64,000 nt of DNA from Phoronis australis. Its lineage: Eukaryota; Animalia; Phoronida. The position numbers and the translations under genes are program-made. The notes beneath the pieces were generated by a model that was not told where the DNA came from, ran no database searches, and worked only from the letters and a program-made list of their open reading frames with translations. The stretch is from NCBI GenBank assembly GCA_002633005.1, contig NMRA01000544.1:106479-170478 (forward strand). Direction: 5' to 3'. Positions 48,499-62,225 of the stretch are shown in pieces (within the stretch, counting starts at the first letter, position 1; every line of letters starts with the position of its first letter).

Positions 48499-51177
48499 GA
48501 AACATGCTACAGGATGATCCAAAAGGGTGATTCCCATGGCATGTATTGATTTCATCCATTAAATACTAGACCAACAAATACATGAATGTCCTCGTTGACC
48601 ATTCTGAATTTGTCCTTTAGGCTGTTAGTTTATATGAAAACGTCGAACAAGCAACAAATAGGCATGCTCGCAGATAATCCGAAAAATTCCTTTTACTTAG
48701 TACGTGGGATTTACAATGCGCTTGCACTCCGTTGTGCCAATTCCCTTAAAAGTTTTCTATTCCAAATTTGTTACAAGTGGTCAGAGAACAAAATTAGCTT
48801 GGATGCACTCAGTGAATTGAGAACTTTTTATAGGTCAAGATGGCACCATCCGCCATCTTGAATTCTACCCAGTTTCCTTCTTCTGAACATAATGGGTTGT
48901 AGGATCCTGCAGTGCATCGTTTCTAATGTTTTCTGAGACGGATAGTCCATTTCCGGTATCAGTTTATGGATCCAAGGTCAAGCGTAAGGTCGAATGAGGG
49001 ATTAACGGTCACGTTGAACTGAAATAAGGAAAGTCACCCACTTTTGGCGGTGAAAATATGCAGTGTGTGAGAAATGCTAATTCAAAATATTTCTATTTAT
49101 TTTGTGATCTTATAATGTCAATGATGAGGAATATCTAGATACTGGAATTAGGTATCCTCCCAATAATCTCAAAACCGAAGTCACAATGTTGCGTGTTCTT
49201 TGTCAATAGGGGTATTTGTATACGTGTAGTCCGTACAGGTTACGTACACATAAACTATGTGTCTATAGTTTGCACAAGCTACATACAGGCCTGTGATCAG
49301 ATTACTGTTCTGAGAGTATTATTGTAAATGTAATGTCAATTACTGAACCTCGATTTCGCCATTATCTCAGTTAACGAAGTCGCAATATTGAGCGGTTCAC
49401 AATAGCCGACTATCGTATGAGAACTCTTCAGAGAAAAAAAAATGGCCGGCAGTAGAGAAATTTCCGAGAATGATCTGTTACTGACTTGGAAAGTAATAGT
49501 TTGCGAGAAGAAATCAACATGGTAATTGCATATGCACGGGGTTTTATAGTTTCCGTCTCCTTCAGTTACCAGAACCAGCGAGACCAGTAACAACTTTTAG
49601 TTTAGATAAGAAAAATGTTTATTCCATAGTTTCTTTTGTATAATTCGGTAGCCACCCTTCATTAACACAAACTTAATTGAAAACATGACTTCATTTTTGT
49701 TGGATATTTTGATGTGCACTCGCCCAGAATATGTACAATTTTCGATCTTCCGGGGTGCTGCTGTAATAGAGCAAATCGTCAATAGACATTACAAACAACC
49801 AATTTAAAATAGAAACTATATTTTGGGAGCATACATACATGGCTCATTACCAAGCACATGGTAAAATGAACGTGGTGGAAGCGAAGTAAACACTGATGTA
49901 AACAGTGACAGCAGGTAGAAGGTCATACAAGCAGAGAGTGTGAAAGTAGGAAGCCTACCGCTTAACAGAACAGAGGCAACATGTGGTTAACATCCGTGAG
50001 TTGATCATTCAGCATAAATTGTGTTGTGACAAATTGTCCCGATAGGCTGTAAGACTGAACCCCGCCGAAGCCGCACTAGTGTGACTAACTAAATGTCAGT
50101 GGTAGAGTGATCAAGAAAGCATTAATAAATTTGCATATGCAAGAGAAAATTCGACATGTGACTTTCGCGAGGAGTTCACTTGATATCGTCAAGAAAAAGG
50201 TGTGTCTATCAGCATTTTAGAATCTGCTGGGATGTTACGTACTTTGAGTGTCGGGAATTTCAGATGTAGCTTGGACCTGTTGCTGTGTTACAAATCTTTT
50301 GTTTCAACCCATGTGAGAAAGGCCATCCCCTTAATTATCGATCCACCTAATAACGCGCAACAAGTTCGCTGATAACAAATTTGCAACATCATCGGAGTAA
50401 ATAAAAAGGTTGTACGTAATCCAAAATTCCCACCTGTCCTACGGTGCCTCTAGTTGATATGGCTTGTAAATTGAATGTTTCTATAATTCCCTATGCCTTC
50501 AATCGCACAGAGATTTTCACATACTATTCTGTAACCATTTTAAAAGACTAAGTGTTTAGAAGAATAATCGTGACTTTTAAGCAACATTTCGAACGGCGAA
50601 TAATGACTTCGTATTTTTTTTCAAAAGGATCTCTAAAAGTTATCTTTTTCAAACTAACGAGACATTGACTAAACAGTTGTATTATACGTGCTAAAAATAT
50701 ATGCATATTATTTTTGTCTTTGTTTTTATTAACTTTATTCTTTGGAATTTTAAAACCAAAAGTTCAAACTGCAACTCTTCTAATTTCAAGTTTGATTGAT
50801 AACTTAAGTTAAACAAAAATCATGACAGGCAATTGTGCCTTTATACTCTGTTGACTGGATAACACAAAACTTGCCAAAATCGGTGGATCAGCTGCAAAGA
50901 AACAAACTTGAGTTCCGAAGACACAGACGGAGATAAATGCGATTGAAGTCAAACGATCAGGCGGCAGCATTGCTCTGCAATAAAAATACAGTGTCACCTT
51001 TCATGTCAAAGTAAAACTATGAATTATTATATTACAGGTTATAGGAGAGCGGACAAAATTGACGAGTTAAGAAATTTGTGCGGGGATCATTGTCGCATGG
51101 ATTTGAAAATGGGTAACAGTGTCAGAAGTTGAAAAATAGATTCAGGAAAATACCGGCTAGTATTTCAGGGTGTTCCA

Positions 51178-51767
51178 TCGAAACAGGAAACCCGGTGTAA
51201 AACAAATATTTCGCAGTTGAAAACAGACTCCCACACCTTCAAAACCAGCCCTAAAAACACGAACCCTGACCTTTGAAACAGGAATCGGATCGGACAAGAA
51301 ACCGGACAATTTTTCAAATTTTCGAACAAGGCTGAAACAGATTCTTAAAATAAACACCAGATGTCACTTAACTGACTAGATTGCAATATTTTTCATCATT
51401 TGTACAATTTCCAATATTTTTTTAAACGCTTACTATAACATTTTGTCTTGTTTTAAAGTACAGAATAAAACTTAGCTCTTCATTTGACCTAGTTTGAGAG
51501 TATAAAACACGTCCTCGAATGGCAAGAACTCAACTGGCACCGATATCTCCTCAATTTCTTTCCAAACATCTGACAACATCTACATAAACGATGTTTGATA
51601 GCAAGTGATGGAGTGCTGTTTCGGTCCCCGGGTTTCCTGTCCGATCCCCAGGATTCCTGTTTCAAAAGCCAGGGTTCGTGTTTTTAGGGCTGGTTTGCTA
51701 TTTTGAAGGTGCAGGAGTTTGTTTTCGATTCCGGGATATCTGTTTTACACCGGAGTTCCTGTATTTG
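51178..51767. mobile_element. MITE/foldback element with ~130-bp inverted arms
   Basis: ccggtgtaaaaca...aaaccagccctaaaaacacgaaccctg (51192-51268) vs cagggttcgtgtttttagggctggttt...tgttttacaccgg (51670-51753). Confidence 0.75.
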
Positions 51768-54700
51768 ACGAATAATATAAACAAATAGAAGACGCAGCAA
51801 GTTGCCATTTGGCACCTAAGCCTTTTTTGAGTTCCGTCACGAAGGCTTGCCCGTGGACCGTCTTGTGGGCCTGTCATCAGCCTGCCCGTGATTTTTTTTT
51901 CTTTTTTATTTAAGCTGTTTGTACCTGCTTCAAGTGAACTATATAACCATCAACCAAATCGATGGTTTTGCACGCGTTATAAACCGGCAAAATACAACAG
52001 CAGGACAGTGTAGTGGTTACGCAACTTTTTTATCTCAAATTATTCAGTGTGATCCAGGATACCGCGCTTATCTGCCATGTGTGATAACGTGAACATAGAG
52101 TGTCTCGAAAGAACGCTTAAAAAGAACACTTTGAGAAAAATGTCAATTTACTTCCCAATCATCCTTTTAATTAAACATAAATCCAAACACACTGAAGAAA
52201 TCTTATCTTAAGACCTTAAAAGAAGATTGAGAAACGCAAAAACGGAATATAAAATTGATTAAATACACGACACTTGTCGTTAACAATCTTTATTTCGGTC
52301 CGCTCGTATCCTCAGAACAAAGTTCTACACTCAAGAGAACATTAGTGAGGCAACTAACCAAGTAACATGATTAAAAAACATTACGGCGTTTTCCCGTTGC
52401 TCCCAGCTTGTTCGATTCTACATCCCAACAATAAGTTGGGAAGTTTACTCCTGTAGCCAGTATCTTACACGACTGATTAACTCCATTGTGGCATTTATGG
52501 GTGTAGGGCCAGCTCTCTTTTGTTCGATAATTGCTCTAATCTCCAATAAGATCGGATCTACCCTGACTGGGCTGTGCTCTTAAAAATAAAAGTTAAATTA
52601 TAACATATTTGAACATAAACCTGTAGCATTTCTGAAATCTTCGTCAAATGGTTATCATGTTTAGTTTTTGAATCGCCAAAATCGCCCAAGTGCAACCGAA
52701 GTTACGACAATCTATTCTTTCTGAATTCACCAATTCACTCTGACTTTGACTCTGTGTTCACACGTGGTCAGCAATAAGCCTGGTACGTAATTGGCCCGCT
52801 TGTTGTCATAACAGACAAAAGAGTGTGCTTGGCAGTTACCAAAGAAGCTAGATGTTATCACACGCTCAGAACCCCCTACGTCTGGTAAAGTCACTGAACG
52901 GGAAAACGCTGTCATGTACACGATATTTCGAAACACTTGTTTCTAAAGCGAAATGCCGCCCTGTTGCCCAGTGTAGTGTTCTTTACGAGTTTGTATGCCC
53001 TATGAACGAATGTCTTCGTTCAAATGTCATTCGCACTTCCGAACTGCCACAAGGAATCTTGGAGAATTTTAGGGGGGCCATGGCCCACTTGGCCGCCCTT
53101 AATCCGCTACTGAAACGTCCACAGCATTGTCATTACCTAATGAACAAGGAACACTTTTTATTATTTGTATATTTTACTATCAAATAGCAATTGCGTATTA
53201 TATGTTCACACCCGTGTTTAAGTGTATCAGTTGTGGTGTTTTCTGTAAAACCGCAATTTATTTACAAATTGTTTCTTTTCCTGATTGTACTTGTACACAC
53301 AGTTCTCCAGGAAGTCACTGGGTGACGCTTTCTACAAATTTGAATATTTGGCGGTTTCAATAACTCATAGCGTCTTTAAAATACCGCTTGTGGCAACATG
53401 TGGAGAGAACTCCGATCAAATCAGCTTTACACTAAAGATCGATTATCGAAACACCTTGCCCTTGTAGCAAAACTTATGACAGCTGCGTCTTTAGCTGATC
53501 CCTTATTTACGCTTTCACGAATATAAGCTGGCCATGTCGCGTAGATGCGTTCACTTATAGTGCCAAAGCGCTTGAGTGTGGTTATCTTCAGTTCATGATA
53601 GGCGGATGTAGGGGTCTCAGCCTAATACGGAAGTGACCACAATAAACACCGCTGGTATGCCATTCTTGAGCTTACATTTATATTTTAATTTCAAAAAATG
53701 TAGTTGCCACTCCTTTACGATATTCTTGATCCAACAATGCTTCTTATCCGAGACTAACGCACCTATATATGCGAAACATTTGTCGTGATTAAATTCATTA
53801 GCACGTGAGCGAAGAACGTCAGTTATGGGATTACAGAGACATGGAACGCGAAAACTAATCAAAAATGTCTTTTAAACAATTCTTAACGAATGTACTATTT
53901 CGCAACATCTGTTAAAGAGTTACTCACGTTTCGCTGTAAGGGAATTTTCAGAAAAAATCATAAAATCATAAAATTTTACGATTTTTGAAATACGCGCTAC
54001 GGAAAAACTCTGTAGTCACCACAGAGTTTTTAATCTCCCCCTTTCTTTTGATAGATACGCGCAAGCGCTAACAGTAACTCCACAAACAGCTGACTGACAA
54101 GAAGGATATTAATAGCACATTATCACGTGTGATCTCACTCCGAATCTGAGGTCGACAGCACATTGTGAGATAAGCCAGTGAAGCAAGTGATTTCCTAAAA
54201 ATAATTCCAAGTGCATGTTAGAATATATTTGAAATATACAGTATCTTTATAACCAATCTTAAACAGTTAACACTTATTCAATTGCCTCTTAATCGGACTG
54301 GCCACTGCTTGAACTCGCCACTGTTTTATTCACATCAAAGGTCAAAGGTCACATTTTCAAAATATTATGGGAAATGTGCTACGTATGGCGTGCCAATACC
54401 AAATATGGAGACGAAGTGCTCTGGGACGTGAGAGAAAAATCGACGAAGTGACGAGCAGTTGAATGATCGTTTTTGTTTTGTGAAATTTGAAACTAAAAGA
54501 GAAATCCTTTGACATATTATAGAAAGTCAAAATGTTCACGAACAAACAGTAACACACGTGGTGAACAGATTGAATTTTGTTTCAGTGGCAGAGAACCACT
54601 TTGAGACCAGTGCTAAGTTGCATAAAAGTAAGGTCCCTAAATCTTTTGCATATTTGTGTCGTTCTTTACTCACAGATGCAATATTTTTCTATCATTTTAT

Positions 54701-55791
54701 TTTTATTATGAGGTCCTCTTTGACTAATGACATTTGCTAATAATATAATCACAATATGAATTATTGATTCATTGGAAACGAAAAGGGACTTAGTCCTTGA
54801 ATTACCTACTTATCAAACCAAAATTCACTTAATAATGAAGCTAAAACAGTGTAAAAAAGGACATTTAATGTTTTCATAATTCCACAAGCATGCATTAGAT
54901 TTAGGGACCTTAGTTGACTCCCTGTTTGGGACTGTTTCGTGCAACCAGGCACACAGGTTGGCGTAAGTAGCTCATTCATTATGACTAGACCAGTGGTACA
55001 AAACTAAGTAAGACAATGGATAAATAGTAGTAAAATAATATCTTTGGAAAGATGGGCAACAAAAAACCGCCACAAGACGTTAAAAACAGCTGATGCCCAT
55101 CGGCAGAGACGCGCGAGAAAGGAGTGAAACATGAGTAAGTGCGGTGTTACGTACAAAGGCCGTCAGAAACCTAACCATGTTTGACATGTCCATCATCAGT
55201 GTTAGAGAATCCAAGGATACAGGGACTTTTGTTCCCGGAACAACGGTCATCGTTCGCTTCCAATCGATGTATGTTATATGAAGAGTTCCACGCATAGGGG
55301 TATCAGGACTTTGCTGTTTGGGGGGCATGTCACGTAGATTGCTCCAATTTCACTGATCTACGTCAAAGAGCACCGAACATGGGGACTCGAAAAACGCTAC
55401 ACTTGTAGGACTGGTGAACTTAGGCGGTGGTGTCCGAAGGAGAGCGAGGGTGGCGGGTCTCATGTTCCCCCTGAATCTGCCTATGCCTAAGTGCCGCTAC
55501 AGTTTAAAACATATCTAAGAAACCCACGTTTACGACCTTCAATACCGACTTTCGTTGAAGTTACGGATAAGCCTCAATAATCAAACCTCAGTATAATCCA
55601 CTCAGCTATAGTCGCTACACATTGTTTACGTGTACTTGGAGCTAAGCTAATTTGTACATGTTACATTACAATAGATAGCAATTTCATGTTCACATTTTTA
55701 ATACATATATACATTATTTACGTATTGATTACGTCAGAATTTCTAGAGGTTGTTATTGTTTGTTTTGAATAGATATCTGATGTTTTCAATG

Positions 55792-56106
55792 TCAGTATAG
55801 CGTCTGGATGATTGTGGTAAAATTAAATCTAATATCGTTTAATACTAGACAGTTAAGCAGTAAATGTATTTCATCTACAATTTCTGAGCGGTTGCTGATT
55901 TTACAAAAAACCTCTCCTCCTTTGGAACGACGATGATGCTTACCAGTCTCTATTTTCAGTTGATGTCCAGAGCACCTGAATTTGGCTAGTATTCTACGTA
56001 GAGTTGGTGGTTGGCAGATATTCTTCACAAGATAAATCTGTTTTGATAATAGAGTAAAATGAGCACTTGCTGGAGTTCTGCATCGACATCCTCCACAATC
56101 CAACAA
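55792..56106 (-). mobile_element. 3' fragment of a non-LTR retrotransposon ORF2 (RTE-X-like C-terminal domain)
   Basis: RRILAKFRCSGHQLKIETGKH...FCKISNRSEIVDEIHLLLNCLVLNDIR. Confidence 0.75.
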
Positions 56107-58032
56107 TATTTGGTTAAATTCTGATACAAATAAATCAATATTTCCAGGGCCACTTATACAACACCTTCACAAACATGCATCTGAATATAATGTCTTTAGC
56201 AACCAGTTTGTTCCCTCTGGGAAATTTGACTTAAACATGACGTTCTAATCTATTTTATTTTGATGAAATTGATCATTTAACAGAAAGCATTTAGCGTTAA
56301 TATGTTGTCAGGCATGACGTCATTCAGCAACCTTTCAATTTACACAAATTTCGCGAAGGTCTGTGTCAGTTAACTTCGACTGCTAGAAGCGTTTTCACAG
56401 GAATCGACGATTTACAATAAAATCACAAAAACGTGAAACTTTCCTCCGAAATAGTGAACATGATTAGCTTTTTCTTTCGCGGATCGTGTCTCGCTGGATT
56501 TTTCCGAATAACGATATTCTCTTATCGTATTAAATTACCCGGTATCTTTATTTTCTCTGCTGCCTACACTTTCGTATCTCATTTTCAAATCCTTTGGAAC
56601 ATCGGTTGTTCTTTAGCACGTGGGTCGATTTGCATCGACATTTTCACACTTTTTGACATAACGCATCAGAGGGAAAGTCAGCTAGCTAGATGTACAAATG
56701 GCTCGTTGCATTCCATCAACGCCCTCGTTTGACCTGGAGAGCGTTACGTAGACCTAGTTTCTTGAAATAAAAACAAGATCTCGCGTGAACTTGGAAAATC
56801 GCGAGTGGAAAGCGAGCAACTCGCGAGTTTGCTCGGTAGTCTTAGAATTCCAGCCTATCATAGACAGCAAAATGACCTCCACTGAAGTTATGAGTTGATG
56901 AGGTTGGGGTGTGGAATTGTGGGATTGAATTCATCCTTTTCATTCCTAAGATGTAGCTTTCGCCGCAATCGCAAGCTAGGCCTACGTCTTTCGGACTATG
57001 GAGCACAACCCTGTTTCGTGCTGATTTACCGCAAAGTACTCTACTGTATTACATTCTGGTTACTAGTGGGAGACCAGGATGTGTTGAGTCACTTTTTCGT
57101 TCATAGCTCATATTTCTTTGAGTTGTTAATGAAGCGTACAGAGCTTAAGATTGTTCATTAACCTACAAAATGATATAGTCAACTACTCGCTCCGTGCCTT
57201 CATCTGTTGTAATTAAACATTTTTGTCAAGTGGTTCAATTGATGTGCATGTACAAAATAGCTGAGCACCCCGCCAAGGAGAGTCGAGCCCACGGTTTCCT
57301 ACAGCTTTGCATATCATGCAACACGAGTCTTGAAGACTGAGCGGTTATATAGAAAAAAGAGCTACACGGCTTTTACTTTTGTTGTTTTTACCCTTGTGTA
57401 TGAATAAAACTTACTGGGTGTCATTAATCAATCATATTTTTCTACAATAAGGAAAAACTATGTAGAAGCAAGCCCTCCTAATTAGTATGCCAGGCACGAA
57501 TTTGAAAAGACTGAGATTGTATACAATAAATTTTATTCCACACAGTCTGACTTATCGGACCTACTTAAATTACTTAACTAACTAATGGGACAGTAAAATG
57601 AGCCACGGTTCAATTCACCCTACGCCAGTGCCCAAGCCTTCTAAGCTTAGACATTTTATTTTCCACAAATGTTTCCAAAACTGCCGCAATGATTTAGAAA
57701 ATCCCTATGTATTACAAAGAGTACAGGAATTAGTAGCTCTAAAACCGGGTTTGGTATCGAAATAAATATTACGACAAACAAGGGTATATACCTTATAACA
57801 GCAAATGTACAAAAATTTGAAAATTTCGAACAAACGCTCCTCACATGAATCCGTGATGTTTGATAGCACACTTTCTTATGCCGAGTACAAGTTGTGTCCC
57901 CTACTGACACATAATGGCATCATCTAACCGTTGATTTTTAATCATTTTCTGACTTAGAGGGGGTAGCTCAGTGTACTCTGCGTGTGTCTCATTCACCCTA
58001 GTCCCCCCAACCTATTCAGATATATATACTCC

Positions 58033-58739
58033 CTTGGGTGGGCGGATGCATCCTTCTGCTGCATCTGTGGCAGATTGTCACCCACCTTTACAGTGCAACA
58101 TGTTATATAACTTTTGTAATTACTGATATCTGTAGTAGTTTAGTTTGTCATAATATATATGACCTTTTATCTCAACTACACGTGTTGTTTCACTGTAAAC
58201 TAGCTTCGGTATCGCTTCGCAGTTAGCGTATATAAAAATTATTTAAGTATTAAATTATTTTATGTAAGCTATACTGCCTCCTCCTCATTATCATATTGTT
58301 TGGATTCTCAGGTCAGTGACCCTCTTTGTTTTACGATTATTGGTTTAATTGTACCACGTGATCTCTTTGTCTTGTTGCAACACTGGGCCATCGTCCACAA
58401 TTCTCTCCAACTTTCATTTTTCACTCAATTTCTCTTTCCCTCCCTCCCTCAAACCAATTTTCATTCTTTCCCTGTTATCCTCAAATTTCACATGTCGCTG
58501 TCCCGGTGTTGCTGTTATTCTTCCGCGTATTGTTTCTTAACTTACTATTCACCACTTGCGTATACCTTCATTGGAGGCAGATTGTCACCCACCTTTACAG
58601 TGCAACATGTTATATAACTTTTGTAATTACTGATATCTGTAGTAGTTTAGTTTGTCATAATATATCCTTTTATCTCAACTACACGTGTTGTTTCACTGTA
58701 AACTAGCTTCGGTATCGATTCGCAGTTAGCGCATATAAA
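58033..58739 (+). mobile_element. Isolated 3' terminus (36 bp + B1-A2-B2) of the same Ngaro family, opposite orientation
   Basis: Reverse complement of 3975-4690 at high identity. B1 58069-58238, A2 58239-58575, B2 58576-58739. Confidence 0.9.
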
Positions 58740-58885
58740 TATAATTATGGTTATAAAATATTCACGATATATAAAATGCTTTAAAAGGTCAGCGAAAGCA
58801 GACTATCAAGGACCGCTTGGCAGATACAACGGAAACAATACAACCACATCTAATAATTGCCTTTGGCTGAAAACCCCTAATAACG

Positions 58886-59237
58886 ATGTTTCCCTTTCAA
58901 ACGTCTCAGCTTCAAGTTGGTGCCGTTTTTTTGGCTGCCGTTCTGTGTTTTGGTCAAGTTGAAGACAAAGGAAATGTGATGTATTCCATGTATAGCAAAC
59001 GTGCCGAGAACACGCGCGTGAATGGCTCGAGTACCGCCGCAGTTCCTTATCCTGTCAGTTGCGCGTTCAAGTGTGCTGCCGAGTGTTCTCGTGATGAGTC
59101 GTGTGGTGCTTTTGCCTTCAACGAATGTGAGCAACTGTGTCACAAATACCGTATTAAAGACATTTTGCTAGAAAATTTGGTAACTGCCCATGGCTGGGCG
59201 TACTACACAAAAGACTACAGAGATCGTAACGGCTCAG
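58886..59237 (+). CDS. Secreted PAN/apple + C-type lectin protein, exon 1 (signal peptide + PAN domain)
   Basis: Hydrophobic leader VGAVFLAAVLCFG, then SCAFKCAAECSRDESCGAFAFNECEQLC...GWAYY (PAN CxxxC...C..F.F...C pattern). Donor tca g|gtattg, phase 1. TATATAAAA at 58768. Confidence 0.8.
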
Positions 59238-59784
59238 GTATTGGTTTTCTCTCACTAGTAGGCCTACTGTTCATTGACGTCGGCTATGATATAGCTGTAA
59301 TTTTTTGCCACTGCATCGCAGTTCTCACAAAAATTAATCGCAGGAAATTGGTTTCAGCACCCTCTCCATAATACTGGTCGTCATTGAGTTATCGGCAAGT
59401 ACGAATTAATTGAGGATTATCAAGGTGTCTTAGGGGAAAGTAAAGCCACAATCCTCAACGGTTTTGGCATAAAAAGGCTCAGAATGCTGCTCTAAACATA
59501 ACGTAGGAATCAGAAGTCAAGCTGTTTAGCCAGTGTTTTTACGGTTTCTTCGTGAAGATTTTGAATTTCTGTTGACCTCAAGACATTTCGAGCTTTAGTT
59601 TCAAATTTAAAGTAAAAACGACTTGTCAATTCCTCGACATTTGCTGGCGTGGGTTGTTCTCGCGTTCCCACAAAGTAAAACCATGTTTCATTAGATGGTA
59701 TGGCATTACATAGACGCAGCACATTTCCCTTATATAGTAATGAGGCCTTTCAATTGACTTTTGATGTAAAAATCAGTTACGCAG

Positions 59785-59829
59785 TTACGCACTGTTTACT
59801 GGGCAATTCTTTGAGCGCATGCACGCATA

Positions 59830-59907
<78 letters not shown>

Positions 59908-59975
59908 AGATGCGGAGAATTTGAAAACAATTACGCACTGTTTACTGGGCAATTCTTTGAGAGCATGCACGCATA

Positions 59976-60050
<75 letters not shown>

Positions 60051-60074
60051 ACTAGATGCGGAGAATTTGAAAAC
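59785..60074. repeat. Tandem duplication of a 146-bp unit, each containing ~(CTG)25
   Basis: Units 59785-59930 and 59931-60074 with near-identical flanks. Confidence 0.95.
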
Positions 60075-62045
60075 TGTATTGGGATCTCAGGCCGACGAAT
60101 TTCCCAATGACTCATAAACCTTTGTGTCAGTGGTTACTGAGGAATAGACAAACTCCGGGGCCTGTGATTGGGATGAAGGAGTTTCTATATCGTCTGTTTC
60201 AGAAATAATGAATCTGGCAATTTTTAGAAAATCTTGCAATGCTCAAAATTAATAACTCTCAAGTTAATATTCCCAGTAAGTGGATTCGCCACGATCTACT
60301 CAAAAGGCATTTTTCCAGACATCTGAACAGTATTCAGTCACCGAAAGTCGGCAAGTGGGACTTCCAGCCAATGATCTTTCATTCGAAGCCTCTTTCATCC
60401 TGATAGATCTTCGGACCTCGTGAGCTCTGAATGTTCTGTTAACAAAATGATAAAATAATTATTCATTCTCCTAGGCAGTGTGTTTTATCTCCGAATAAGT
60501 TTGCCTACATGGCTTTTTCTTCGTAGCTCAACCTGACAGTTCCTTAACCGCACTAATAAAAATTAATAATGAAACTATCATGTCATTTTCGTAACCAGAT
60601 AATTGCGAGATTATATTTATTGGTGTTACCGAATGCTCAAAACTAAAACTGTTTGGACCACACGTAGGATCTAGAACACAATTTTCATTGAATTCTGGGT
60701 TTGGCAAATTGAAAGACCAAAGAAGCCATAAAAGTACATGTATATAACGGATAAACTGACCACCGAGGTCAACATCTAGTTTTTCAGAACTTAGACATGT
60801 TGTAATAACGTCTGAGGTGGTTGCCCATCTGTGTACCACAAACAAAAGAGTGAAGTCATTTCATTCTTAAACTAGATTTGTTAACATTATAAAACACAGA
60901 AATTCACAGAGTAAGTATTTAAATATTGGAGCAGCATACCAGTTTATTGATTATCACAGTAAATGTTTGATCCGAGAACTACACTGGTACTTTTTGAGTT
61001 ATCAAACTTGACGAAAATGGAGTTTGATGGAGTTTTGCTAACAAGTTTGCCAGTGTCGGTTAGTTGTCGTCCAAACAGCTTGGCAGTGCGTTCATGTAGA
61101 ATGGATGTTAATATCATCAAATTGACAGAGTTTGAAAGTTTGCTACTGTAGGGAAAACTTCAAAGCACAACACAACAAATGACACAGTGAATACTTTCAA
61201 TGACTCGGTGAGGTCATTATATAATAGTATGCAGTAATACAGGCAGTCTGCCAGCAAACAAATGAGACCATAATTTTCTAAGGAAAATAAATCTCCCAAG
61301 TTAAGGGCAGTTGATTAAGACGCACATAATATCAAAAACTTTCCAACAATCATTTGCCAGAATATAATAAGTTAATTACCACCGAGTATGAATGTGACAC
61401 TGTACAGCGCCTGCATCTCACCTTATGGCGGGAGATACATGAATCGCCGACAGAAACTGCGCTAACACGGCATTGAAAAGTACTCATGGTTTGGGACGAA
61501 CAAGATAAACGGAAAGAAATATCTTTTAATGAAATTAGTAGAGCTATATTTAAAAATTATGCAATCGGGAAGTTTTCCCGCAAAGAATGGGTTAAGAGGT
61601 TTCAAACCGAGCCTGCGTAGTTGCGCAGGGTGTCTTACTACACATCAGTCCGAAATAATTGCAGGAGGGCTCGGCCCTGGTTTCCATAGAGTTGCATGCT
61701 GAGGGGTGCACTGACTACTTAACGCAGTTTTCATCAAGACTAGGGATATGTACCGCAAGTATACGCAACACTACGCATTGCACGTGATGCTGTACGCTAA
61801 CCCGACGAAAGCGCCAACGAATGTCAACATGGGATTTCTCTGATTTCACCCGTGCTAACTTTTTTCATGAGTACGCATCCTGTTTTAGGGTGCTCGTTAT
61901 GTCGCAATTCGCAACTCTACGCAGAGCCGGTGTGAACCTCCTCAGTGCCATGGTCCCGCATCGACGCTGCTGTGCATTATTTCCGAAAGGAACGCTCGTC
62001 TGTGCTTTTAACGTTTGATTATTCTGATACTCGTTATTTTTTTAG

Positions 62046-62225
62046 GCATATGTCCTCCGAAGTTTTACCTTTTCAACCATTCCTGTTATTGTTTCGGTGC
62101 GGCATCTGAGTCAGTCTCGTGGCCTATGGCAAAGATAGCTTGCCATCAGAGAGGCGCCAAACTGGTATCCGTGGAAACGAGTGCTGAAAATGATTTTATT
62201 ATTCGACACATCAAGTCGTTGTCAG
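62046..62225 (+). CDS. PAN + C-type lectin protein, exon 2 (N-terminal third of the CTLD); gene continues beyond the window
   Basis: ttttttag|GC...TCA G|gtcagt. ICPPKFYLFNHSCYCF...SWPMAKIACHQRGAKLVSVETSAENDFI. Phase matches exon 1. Confidence 0.85.

Noticed and set aside
59700-60055. Poly-Cys, poly-Leu and poly-Ser ORFs
   Set aside because: Translations of the CTG microsatellite.
23109-62225. Functional cluster linking phosphonatase, secreted protein and lectin (e.g. phosphonoglycan handling)
   Set aside because: Adjacency alone is weak evidence in an animal genome. It would need conserved synteny or co-expression.
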